Shown in pieces: positions 1 to 7,634 of a stretch of DNA of 21,272 nt. The notes beneath the pieces are model-generated. The model was not told the DNA's origin. It saw only the letters and a list, made by a program, of their open reading frames with translations, and did no database searches. The position numbers and the translations under genes were made by a program. The stretch's first letter is position 1. Every line of letters begins with the position of its first letter. Origin of the DNA: a virus (lineage: Duplodnaviria; Heunggongvirae; Uroviricota; Caudoviricetes); IMG/VR virus record IMGVR_UViG_2778261501_000004, positions 1 through 21,272 of that record; one strand, written 5' to 3'.

Positions 1-1011
1 TTATAACGTCACTCCGCCTTTTAGTGGATTCAGAGCGACGGCGTTCTGCAGGTAGTCAGGCGCAAGGTGCGCATAGGTCATTGTCTGCTGAATGCTCGCA
101 TGCCCCAGAATCTGTTGCAGTGCAATTATGTTGCCCCCATTCATCATGAAATGGCTTGCGAATGTATGCCGCAGAATGTGGGTTGCCTGATTGGGAGGTA
201 TATCAGGTTTCACTCTGCGTAAAATCCCGCAAAACTTCTCATAATCTACCTTGAACAATTTGGCGCTGGCCTCCTCTTTAACTTTTTTCTCCAGTTCCTC
301 AGAAATCGGCACTGTTCGCTTTTTACCGTTTTTGGTTTTCAGGAAGGTAACCCTGCAACTTGTAATCTGTGCTGGTTTTAGCGTGGCAACTTCCGTCCAT
401 CTTCCTCCAGTGCTCAGACATAAAAGCGCGACAAGTAAGTCATCACCAGTCAAAACATTTAGCAGTTTTTCGATTTCTGCTTTTTCCAGGAACGTCATTT
501 CAGGGTTAGCCTCCGTCAGTGGCGGCAGTCCGTGAATTGGGTGTTGCCCGGAAAATTCATCCAATTGAATTAATTTTGTGAACATGCCGGATAATCGGTA
601 CATGTCGCGGTTTATCGTTGCAGCACTGATGCCATCACGTAGTCGCATGGAGCGATAATCCATCAAAGCCCTTTTGTTCATCCGGCTCACTGGTATATCA
701 CCTATGCCGCTGATGGTTTTGAGCAGATGATTAAACTCTTTTGTCCCATGCTCGTGGTTTTGCCCGTGGTATTTCCACCAGATGTCGAGCAATTCTGTCA
801 AAGTTCGGCGGTCTGCTCGCTGGCCTCCCCATTCTTTCTGACTGGCATTGGCGATTGTGTATCGCTCAAATGCTAGTGCTTCAGCTTTTCTTTCAAATTT
901 CCTGCGGATGCGTTTTCCGTCGCGACCGCGAGGTCTAATGTCCACTTCATAGCGACCATCATCGAGCTTCTTAATTGCCATAAGAAAGCCCTCCGGCGCT
1001 GTATTCACCAT
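1..1011 (-). CDS. int: P2-type tyrosine integrase
   Basis: 336-aa ORF; C-terminal tyrosine-recombinase catalytic region (HILRHTFASHF ... LGHASIQQTMTYAHL); lies downstream of the repressor gene on the same strand, as in the P2 Pc-C-int operon. Stop codon is at window positions 1-3, so attL lies outside the window. Confidence 0.9.
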   Translation of the reverse strand: MVNTAPEGFLMAIKKLDDGRYEVDIRPRGRDGKRIRRKFERKAEALAFERYTIANASQKEWGGQRADRRTLTELLDIWWKYHGQNHEHGTKEFNHLLKTISGIGDIPVSRMNKRALMDYRSMRLRDGISAATINRDMYRLSGMFTKLIQLDEFSGQHPIHGLPPLTEANPEMTFLEKAEIEKLLNVLTGDDLLVALLCLSTGGRWTEVATLKPAQITSCRVTFLKTKNGKKRTVPISEELEKKVKEEASAKLFKVDYEKFCGILRRVKPDIPPNQATHILRHTFASHFMMNGGNIIALQQILGHASIQQTMTYAHLAPDYLQNAVALNPLKGGVTL

Positions 1012-1050
1012 CTTGGTGGCAAATGGTGAAAATGTAATTTTTATATAGAG

Positions 1051-1344
1051 TTAGCCAATCCTTTTCGCGGAGTGGTCGGATTCTGTTGACTCTGGCCCAA
1101 TGTGCGCGAGAGCCGGTGCGATTTGTCCCGCTTCCGGCGCTGTTTTATCTGTCATGAGCCATAGTGTGTATTTTTGGAACTGAGGTGCATTGGTGACCTG
1201 CAACACAACTTGGATGCCAGGGTCTTGATGGCCTCCTTCGTAATTCTTTAGCGTTCCTAACGCTATACCGCTGATTTCACTGAATTTTGCTTGAGTTAGC
1301 CCTTCCGATTGTCTTATTACTCTTAATTTCTGTGCGATATTCAT
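1051..1344 (-). CDS. P2 C-type immunity repressor (small HTH protein)
   Basis: The track ORF is 158 aa, but the plausible start is the ATG at 1342-1344 (MNIAQKLRVIRQSEGLTQAKFSEISGIALGTLKNYEGG...), giving about 97 aa with an XRE-like helix-turn-helix. Size and position (between int and cox, divergent from cox) match P2 gene C. No LexA/S24 peptidase domain. Confidence 0.8.
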   Translation of the reverse strand: MNIAQKLRVIRQSEGLTQAKFSEISGIALGTLKNYEGGHQDPGIQVVLQVTNAPQFQKYTLWLMTDKTAPEAGQIAPALAHIGPESTESDHSAKRIG

Positions 1345-1479
1345 TTGACATAGTCCTGACTTAATGACTATATTCCCCGAAAAGGTCATTAATCCAGAAC
1401 CTTTTCGGGCGTGAGTCCAGCGCCGCTTAAACGGTTCCAAGCGGTTTTTAAGGGGCTGGATCCTATGAGGGTAACATAG
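1345..1479. promoter_or_regulatory. early lysis/lysogeny switch region (face-to-face Pe/Pc promoters and operator expected)
   Basis: Divergent C and cox start codons flank this 135-bp interval. TTGACA at 1345-1350 with TATATT about 18 bp downstream is a candidate rightward Pe. TGAC repeats at 1346, 1357 and 1365 overlap it. Exact Pc not resolved. Confidence 0.5.
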
Positions 1480-1752
1480 ATGGAAGTTAATGATTATGTG
1501 ATTAAGTACCCGCTTGATGCGGTACATGCGGAAAAGTTTGCAGATTTATTGGGTAAACCAAAAACCGCAGTTACAGAAATGATAAAGGCTAACAAGCTAC
1601 CGGTTATCGAGCTTCGAGATCCAAATAAGCCGAAGGCCCGCGCCGGTGAGAAATGGGTTTTCATTCCAGAGTTTAATCGCGCTGTACGTGAGGCGTTTTA
1701 TAACCGACCGGTTGAACAGCGTGATGCATGGCTTTTGTGGATGGGGTTGTGA
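1480..1752 (+). CDS. cox: Cox-like excisionase / transcriptional repressor of Pc
   Basis: 90-aa ORF immediately rightward of the switch region, GAGGG RBS upstream; size, position and C-terminal WLxWxGL-type ending are as I recall for P2 Cox. Confidence 0.8.
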   Translation: MEVNDYVIKYPLDAVHAEKFADLLGKPKTAVTEMIKANKLPVIELRDPNKPKARAGEKWVFIPEFNRAVREAFYNRPVEQRDAWLLWMGL

Positions 1753-1754
1753 TT

Positions 1755-1925
1755 ATGAATGAGCCGCGTTGTATTGCTCAGTTACTGCGTAACGAAAGCC
1801 CCAGGGCGATTGACTTCACCATCACCCACGGGAAGGGACGCAAGGGAATCATTATCCGCACCAAAAAACAGAGTCCGTTAAAAAAGGCTCTGACCTTTCT
1901 GAAAAGCCGGAGGGTATGGAAATGA
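1755..1925 (+). CDS. hypothetical early protein (P2 orf78 position)
   Basis: ATG 3 nt after the cox stop; small basic ORF. The track offers an alternative start at 1728 that overlaps cox. No recognisable domain. Confidence 0.45.
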   Translation: MNEPRCIAQLLRNESPRAIDFTITHGKGRKGIIIRTKKQSPLKKALTFLKSRRVWK

Positions 1926-2422
1926 CAGTGATGACGCTCAATCTCGTTGAAAAACAGCCAGCAACTATGCGCCGGATAATTGGTAAGCATCTGGCCGTCC
2001 CTCGCTGGCAGGAGACATGTGATTATTATAATCAGATGATGGAACGCGAACGGCTAACGGTTTGCTTTCATGCGCAGTTAAAACAGCGTCACGCAACGAT
2101 GCGTTTTGAAGAAATGAATGACGTCGAACGTGAACGGCTGGTTTGTGCAATTGATGAATTGCGTGGGGCATTCTCAAAACGCCGTCAGGTTGGCGCAAGT
2201 GAGTATGCATATATTAGTTTTTTAACAGTCAGTCAGCGTCGCACTTTATTTATGCACGCACGACTGACAGAAAAAGAATTTAACCAGCCATACTGGCGAA
2301 TTAATGAAGAATCATGTTACTGGCGTGATGCTTTATTCCGTGCGTTACGTGAATTATTCAGTCTGTTTGAGTATGCACCGACAATTCTGACGTCGGTAAA
2401 ACCAGAGCAATATCTGCATTAA
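1916..2422 (+). CDS. replication protein B-like (helicase-loader position in P2)
   Basis: 168-aa ORF with GGAGG RBS, overlapping the stop of the previous ORF; the size is close to what I recall for P2 gpB (about 166 aa, unverified) and position matches. Assignment by synteny only. Confidence 0.6.
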   Translation: MEMTVMTLNLVEKQPATMRRIIGKHLAVPRWQETCDYYNQMMERERLTVCFHAQLKQRHATMRFEEMNDVERERLVCAIDELRGAFSKRRQVGASEYAYISFLTVSQRRTLFMHARLTEKEFNQPYWRINEESCYWRDALFRALRELFSLFEYAPTILTSVKPEQYLH

Positions 2423-2486
2423 ATAATTAACCAGAGTTTTTAACGCACTTAATCGTGCGGGGGCTTCTTTTTGCCTGGAGAAAGTC

Positions 2487-2711
2487 ATGCATACAGTTTC
2501 TGAAAACAAGTGCGGTAAATACGCATTACTGCTGCAACAGGCCAGAGCCGAAGCACAGGCCGACGCAGCGACACGCTTTTCTTCTCATCTTGACGCCATG
2601 ATTCGCCATATCACAAAGGCGGAGTTATCCCGCGTGGAGATAGTCGAGCTGCTCAGTCAGGAGTCGGAAAAATTTCACAATATCGGATTGTCTCGCGGGG
2701 AGGTGCTTTGA
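2487..2711 (+). CDS. hypothetical early protein (P2 orf80 position)
   Basis: 74-aa ORF with GGAG RBS; synteny only. Confidence 0.5.
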   Translation: MHTVSENKCGKYALLLQQARAEAQADAATRFSSHLDAMIRHITKAELSRVEIVELLSQESEKFHNIGLSRGEVL

Positions 2712-3010
2712 TGTCCTGTTCTAATTCAGTTGTATTACTGAATAACGCCTTAAAAATCGCCGTTATGAAAAATGGCGATTTATCTCTTATTCAACTTTGC
2801 CTTGATAAAGAAAAACGCGACATAACTGAATCTGTTATCGCGATTTATCAGAATGAATTAAACCTCCTGTCTGATGTGGTCAATTTACTTGTTAAACGCG
2901 CTGTATTCCACAAGCAAATTTCCTCAGTGGATGAACTGACAAAATTAACGACAGAACTTGCCAGTTATTGCGCTGATGTATCCAGGAAACTTAACGATAA
3001 AAGGAGCTGA
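2711..3010 (+). CDS. hypothetical early protein (P2 orf81 position)
   Basis: About 99-aa ORF; its ATG overlaps the stop of the previous ORF (TGATG). A TTG at 2708 is an alternative start. Synteny only. Confidence 0.5.
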   Translation: MSCSNSVVLLNNALKIAVMKNGDLSLIQLCLDKEKRDITESVIAIYQNELNLLSDVVNLLVKRAVFHKQISSVDELTKLTTELASYCADVSRKLNDKRS

Positions 3011-3012
3011 TA

Positions 3013-3237
3013 ATGCCGGACAACGTAGATTTTATTCAGGAACAACAGACTGAATTACTGGAGCGTCAGATTAACGCGGCAAGGGTAAAGCATTGCGGTG
3101 TTTCTGCGCTGGTTTGCGAAGAGTGTGACGCGCCAATACCTGCTGCCCGTCGTGCGGCTTATCCGTCAGCCACGCGTTGTGTTTCCTGCCAGTCAGTCTT
3201 TGAAGCAAAAAACAAACATTACCGGAGAACGGCATGA
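3013..3237 (+). CDS. TraR/DksA-family C4 zinc-finger protein (P2 orf82 position)
   Basis: 74-aa ORF with AAGGAG RBS; contains CEEC-x(n)-CVSC four-cysteine motif (CEECDAPIPAARRAAYPSATRCVSCQ) typical of phage TraR/DksA-like proteins. Confidence 0.7.
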   Translation: MPDNVDFIQEQQTELLERQINAARVKHCGVSALVCEECDAPIPAARRAAYPSATRCVSCQSVFEAKNKHYRRTA

Positions 3238-3509
3238 GTATTCGTATTGAAATTGGCGAACGTTATGTCGTTACCAGTGACAGCTTTCAGTTTATTCTCC
3301 ACGAGAAAAAGAGAGCGGAAAGCGGTAAAAACGCCGGTCAGGAATGGCTGTCGGTGGTTGGTTATTATCCGAAATTAAGCCAGCTCGTTTCCGGCCTGAT
3401 GCATCACGATATTCTGACCGGAAGCGCAAAGTCTTTTGCTGATTTAAACGCGCAGGTTGAGCAACTCAGCAGGCGTTGTTCAGAGGCTTTTGGCTCATAT
3501 GGCCGTTAA
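3234..3509 (+). CDS. hypothetical early protein (P2 orf83 position)
   Basis: 91-aa ORF; ATGA overlap with the previous stop; synteny only. Confidence 0.5.
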   Translation: MSIRIEIGERYVVTSDSFQFILHEKKRAESGKNAGQEWLSVVGYYPKLSQLVSGLMHHDILTGSAKSFADLNAQVEQLSRRCSEAFGSYGR

Positions 3510-5784
3510 AGCCTCCGGGCGTTTTGTCCCTCCGTCAGCATTTGCCGCAGGCACCGGTAAGGCGTTTACCGGTGCTTATGCATGGAACGCGCCACGCGAG
3601 GCTGTCGGGCGCGAAAGACCCCTTACACGTGACGAGATGCGTCAGGTGCAAGGTGTTTTATCCACGATTAACCGCCTGCCTTACTTTTTGCGCTCGCTGT
3701 TTACTTCACGCTATGACTACATCCGGCGCAATAAAAGCCCGGTGCACGGGTTTTATTTCCTCACATCCACTTTTCAGCGTCGTTTATGGCCGCGCATTGA
3801 GCGTGTGAATCAGCGCCATGAAATGAACACCGACGCGTCGTTGCTGTTTCTGGCAGAGCGCGACCAGTATGCGCGCCTGCCGGGGATGAATGACAAGGAG
3901 CTGAAAAAGTTTGCTGCCCGTATCTCATCGCAGCTTTTCATGATGTATGAGGAACTCTGCGATGCCTGGGTTGATGCACATGGCGAAAAAGAATCGCTGT
4001 TTACGGATGAGGCGCAGGCTCACCTCTATGGTCATGTTGCTGGCGCTGCGCGTGCTTTCAATATTTCCCCGCTTTACTGGAAAAAATACCGTAAAGGGCA
4101 GATGACCACGAGGCAGGCATATTCTGCCATTGCCCGCCTGTTTAACGATGAGTGGTGGACTCATCAGCTTAAAGGCCAGCGTATGCGCTGGCATGAGGCG
4201 TTACTGATTGCTGTCGGGGAGGTCAATAAAGACCGTTCTCCTTATGCCAGTAAACATGCCATTCGTGATGTGCGTGCGCGCCGCCAGGCAAATCTGGAAT
4301 TTCTTAAATCGTGTGACCTTGAAAACAAGGAAACCGGCGAGCGCATCGACCTTATCAGTAAGGTGATGGGCAGTATTTCTAATCCTGAAATTCGCCGGAT
4401 GGAGCTGATGAACACCATTGCCGGTATTGAGCGTTACGCCGCCGCAGAGGGTGATGTGGGGATGTTTATCACGCTGACCGCGCCGTCAAAGTATCACCCG
4501 ACACGTCAGGTCAGAAAAGGCGAAAGTAAAACCGTTCAGCTTAATCACGGCTGGAACGATGAGGCATTTAATCCAAAGGATGCGCAGCGTTATCTCTGCC
4601 GCATCTGGAGCCTGATGCGCACGGCATTCAAGGATAATGATTTACAGGTCTACGGTTTGCGTGTCGTCGAGCCACACCACGACGGAACGCCGCACTGGCA
4701 TATGATGCTTTTTTGTAATCCACGCCAGCGTAACCAGATTATCGAAATCATGCGTCGCTACGCGCTCAAAGAGGATGGAGACGAAAGAGGAGCTGCGCGA
4801 AACCGTTTTCAGGCAAAACACCTTAACCGGGGCGGTGCTGCGGGATATATCGCGAAATACATTTCAAAAAACATCGACGGCTATGCACTGGATGGTCAGC
4901 TCGATAACGACACCGGCAGGCCGCTGAAAGACACTGCAGCGGCTGTTACCGCATGGGCGTCAACGTGGCGCATCCCGCAATTTAAAACGGTTGGCCTGCC
5001 GACAATGGGGGCTTACCGTGAACTACGCAAATTGCCGCGCGGCGTCAGCATTGCTGATGAGTTTGACGAGCGCGTCGAGGCTGCACGCGCCGCCGCAGAC
5101 AGTGGTGATTTTGCGTTGTATATCAGCGCGCAGGGTGGGGCAAATGTCCCGCGCGATTGTCAGACTGTCAGGGTTGCCCGTAGCCCGTCGGATGACGTTA
5201 ACGAGTACGAGGAAGAAGTCGAGAGAGTGGTCGGCATTTACGCGCCGCATCTCGGCGCGCGTCATATTCATATCACCAGAACGACGGACTGGCGCATTGT
5301 TCCGAAAGTGCCGGTCGTTGAGCCTTTGACTTTAAAAAGCGGCATCGCCGCGCCTCGGAGTCCTGTCAATAACTGTGGAAAGCTTACCGGCGGTGATACT
5401 TCGTTACCGGCTCCCACACCTTCTGAGCACGTCGCAGCAGTGCTTAATCTGGTTGATGACGGTGTTATCGAATGGAATGACCCGGAGGTCGTGAGGGCGC
5501 TCAGGAGCGCATTAAAATACGGCCTGAGAACCTCAAACCGTCAGCAAAGAAACGGAAGCCCGTTAAAACCGCATGAAATTGCACCATCGGCCAGACTGAC
5601 CCGGTCGGAAAGAATGCAAATTACCCGTATCCGCGTTGACCTTGCTCATAACGGTATCAGGCCGCAGCGATGGGAGCTTGAGGCGCTGGCGCGTGGCGCG
5701 ACCGTAAATTATGACGGGAAAAAATTCACTTATCCGGTCGCTGATGAGTGGCCGGGATTCTCAACAGTAATGGAGTGGAAATGA
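3499..5784 (+). CDS. rolling-circle replication initiator endonuclease gpA
   Basis: Large ORF; HUH-type motif (TPHWHMMLF) and tyrosine pair (YIAKYISKNIDGY) typical of P2 A-family Rep proteins. Start taken at ATG 3499 (MAVKASGRF...), overlapping the previous gene; the track's longer ORF starts at 3457. Confidence 0.9.
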   Translation: MAVKASGRFVPPSAFAAGTGKAFTGAYAWNAPREAVGRERPLTRDEMRQVQGVLSTINRLPYFLRSLFTSRYDYIRRNKSPVHGFYFLTSTFQRRLWPRIERVNQRHEMNTDASLLFLAERDQYARLPGMNDKELKKFAARISSQLFMMYEELCDAWVDAHGEKESLFTDEAQAHLYGHVAGAARAFNISPLYWKKYRKGQMTTRQAYSAIARLFNDEWWTHQLKGQRMRWHEALLIAVGEVNKDRSPYASKHAIRDVRARRQANLEFLKSCDLENKETGERIDLISKVMGSISNPEIRRMELMNTIAGIERYAAAEGDVGMFITLTAPSKYHPTRQVRKGESKTVQLNHGWNDEAFNPKDAQRYLCRIWSLMRTAFKDNDLQVYGLRVVEPHHDGTPHWHMMLFCNPRQRNQIIEIMRRYALKEDGDERGAARNRFQAKHLNRGGAAGYIAKYISKNIDGYALDGQLDNDTGRPLKDTAAAVTAWASTWRIPQFKTVGLPTMGAYRELRKLPRGVSIADEFDERVEAARAAADSGDFALYISAQGGANVPRDCQTVRVARSPSDDVNEYEEEVERVVGIYAPHLGARHIHITRTTDWRIVPKVPVVEPLTLKSGIAAPRSPVNNCGKLTGGDTSLPAPTPSEHVAAVLNLVDDGVIEWNDPEVVRALRSALKYGLRTSNRQQRNGSPLKPHEIAPSARLTRSERMQITRIRVDLAHNGIRPQRWELEALARGATVNYDGKKFTYPVADEWPGFSTVMEWK

Positions 5785-6227
5785 TGGCAAAAATTCACGA
5801 GGTAAAGCTGCACGCCAAATATTTTGACCTTGTGCTGGAAGGAAAGAAACGCGCAGAGTTTCGGAAAAATGACCGTAATTATGAGCGCGGGGACACGTTG
5901 ATTTTGCATGAATGGGTACAGGGTGTGTATACGGGGCGAAAGGTTGAAGCCCGGATAACAGATGTTACTGACCTGTCAGACTGGCTGGAAGATTATGTCT
6001 TGCTAAGTATTGAGCGGCTTAATACAGGCGCATATGAGATTGTGAACTGGAAAGAACTTAGTGAGCGTGGTCTGGTATTCAGAATTAATCATGAAATTAT
6101 GCATCAGCTCGGCCTTGCTGTTATGTATGAGCCGGAGACGGGGCTGTCTGGCGGGGCAGTGGTTACTGCGGATGGGATATGGAACTATTCAGATGAACAG
6201 GTGGAGCGTACAAAGCAAAACGGGTGA
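5781..6227 (+). CDS. DUF3850/ASCH-like domain protein (cargo)
   Basis: Start overlaps the A stop (ATGATGG). N-terminal 80 aa (KIHEVKLHAKYFDLVLEGKKRAEFRKNDRNYERGDTLILHEW...) resemble the ASCH/PUA-like DUF3850 fold as I remember it; C-terminal half unassigned. Confidence 0.55.
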   Translation: MMAKIHEVKLHAKYFDLVLEGKKRAEFRKNDRNYERGDTLILHEWVQGVYTGRKVEARITDVTDLSDWLEDYVLLSIERLNTGAYEIVNWKELSERGLVFRINHEIMHQLGLAVMYEPETGLSGGAVVTADGIWNYSDEQVERTKQNG

Positions 6228-6442
6228 CTTGGATAATGCACAGAATACCAGGCGAGATACCGCACCATAAAACTAAAAATATCAAGCTGATGGCTATTGT
6301 TCAGCGTTTACAGCGGATTATGGTCAACGAAAATCTGACGCCCGATGAGCTGGTCGGGTGTGCCGAAATAGTCCGGGATAATTACGGGCGGTTTAACCAT
6401 ATCGGTCAATCAAGAGTTACGCCACCACCACGCAGACGATAG
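6224..6442 (+). CDS. hypothetical small protein
   Basis: 72-aa ORF overlapping the previous stop; no recognisable motif; could be non-coding. Confidence 0.3.
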   Translation: MTWIMHRIPGEIPHHKTKNIKLMAIVQRLQRIMVNENLTPDELVGCAEIVRDNYGRFNHIGQSRVTPPPRRR

Positions 6443-6639
6443 AGAACGCCGCCAGTCGTGAAACTTGTTTTCAGGGCTGGCGGGGTTGAACAACGAGCGA
6501 AGCGAGGCGTTAGCTAGGCTTTCTATATTGTTTACAATTAAACCTATCCAGAATTAATTGGAATTCAATTTGATCTTTTTCTCGCTACATATGGCCACAA
6601 GTACCAAAACGTGAGAACATCAAAGCTAGGCGAAATCTA

Positions 6640-6695
6640 GCTTTTCCATAGGAGTTGTTTCGTTATAATACGCGGTCGGTTTTTAGGAGGGGTCA
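6640..6695 (+). promoter_or_regulatory. candidate promoter and RBS of the methyltransferase gene
   Basis: Perfect TATAAT at 6664-6669 and AGGAGG at 6685-6690, 5 nt before the ATG at 6696; no convincing -35. Confidence 0.35.
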
Positions 6696-7634
6696 ATGCC
6701 AACTGTAGTGTCGCTTTTTTCCGGGTGTGGTGGTTCTGATGCAGGAGTCTTGAAGGCTGGGTTTGATGTTCTAATGGCGAATGACATTTTACCTTACGCT
6801 CGTGATGTGTATTTGGCTAACCATCCAGAAACTGATTATGTTTTGGGTGATGTCTCCACTATTGAATCGTTTCCATCTGCTGAACTGCTGGTTGGTTGCT
6901 ATCCCTGTCAAGGTTTTAGCCAAGGTGGAGTTCGAAAAGCTGATAGAAAAATTAATACGCTATACTTAGAGTTTGCAAGAGCTTTAAGAATAGTTAAGCC
7001 AAAAGCGTTCATTGTTGAAAACGTTTCTGGCATGTTGCGAAGTAACTTTGAACATTTGTTGAAAGATCAGTTCAAGGTTTTCGAAGAGGCTGGTTACAGA
7101 GTTAAATCTAAAATTCTAAATGCTTCTCATTTTGGTGTTGCTCAGGATCGTAAGCGCATTTTTATTGTTGGCATACATGAGAGATTTGGAGTTGATTTTT
7201 CGTTTCCAGTCGCGACTCATGGCGAAGGATTGAAAAGAGTGACTACTATCCGTGATGCGATAGGTTCGTTACCGGAATGGCCTGTTGGAGAGTTTTATGA
7301 TGCCGATTTCCATTGGTATTATTTATCAAGAAATCGCCGTCAGGACTGGGATCAAATCTCAAAAACCATAGTTGCTAATCCAAGGCATATGCCTTTACAT
7401 CCAATTAGTCCAACTCTTATAAAGTTAGGTCCAGATAAATGGCAATTTACATCAAATGAACGTGCACGGCGTTTTAGTTTTCGTGAGGCTGCTTATCTTC
7501 AAGGATTTAGTAATTTAGTTTTTCCTGAAACAGAGCGAGCATCCATGAATATGAAATATACAGTTGTCGGAAACGCCGTACCGCCCCCTTTATTCGAAGC
7601 GGTAGCGCGTTCATTACCTGATATTTGGGATTAA
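6696..7634 (+). CDS. DNA (cytosine-5)-methyltransferase
   Basis: 312 aa with canonical C5-MTase motifs in order: I FSGCGG, IV PCQGFS (catalytic Cys), VI ENV (FIVENVSG), VIII QDRKR, X GNAVPPP. AT-rich relative to phage backbone. Confidence 0.9.
   Translation: MPTVVSLFSGCGGSDAGVLKAGFDVLMANDILPYARDVYLANHPETDYVLGDVSTIESFPSAELLVGCYPCQGFSQGGVRKADRKINTLYLEFARALRIVKPKAFIVENVSGMLRSNFEHLLKDQFKVFEEAGYRVKSKILNASHFGVAQDRKRIFIVGIHERFGVDFSFPVATHGEGLKRVTTIRDAIGSLPEWPVGEFYDADFHWYYLSRNRRQDWDQISKTIVANPRHMPLHPISPTLIKLGPDKWQFTSNERARRFSFREAAYLQGFSNLVFPETERASMNMKYTVVGNAVPPPLFEAVARSLPDIWD

Noticed and set aside
1345-1527. N-terminal extension of the repressor ORF to 158 aa
   Set aside because: The extension would read through the Pe/Pc switch region and overlap the cox start; the ATG at 1344 gives the P2 C-like size (about 97 aa).
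3476-3808. 110-aa ORF in an alternative frame at the start of gene A
   Set aside because: Fully contained in the A coding region in another frame; no support.
6449-6483. Hairpin CCGCCAG...CTGGCGG after the small ORF, as a terminator
   Set aside because: 7-bp stem with a 21-nt loop and no following T-run; weak.
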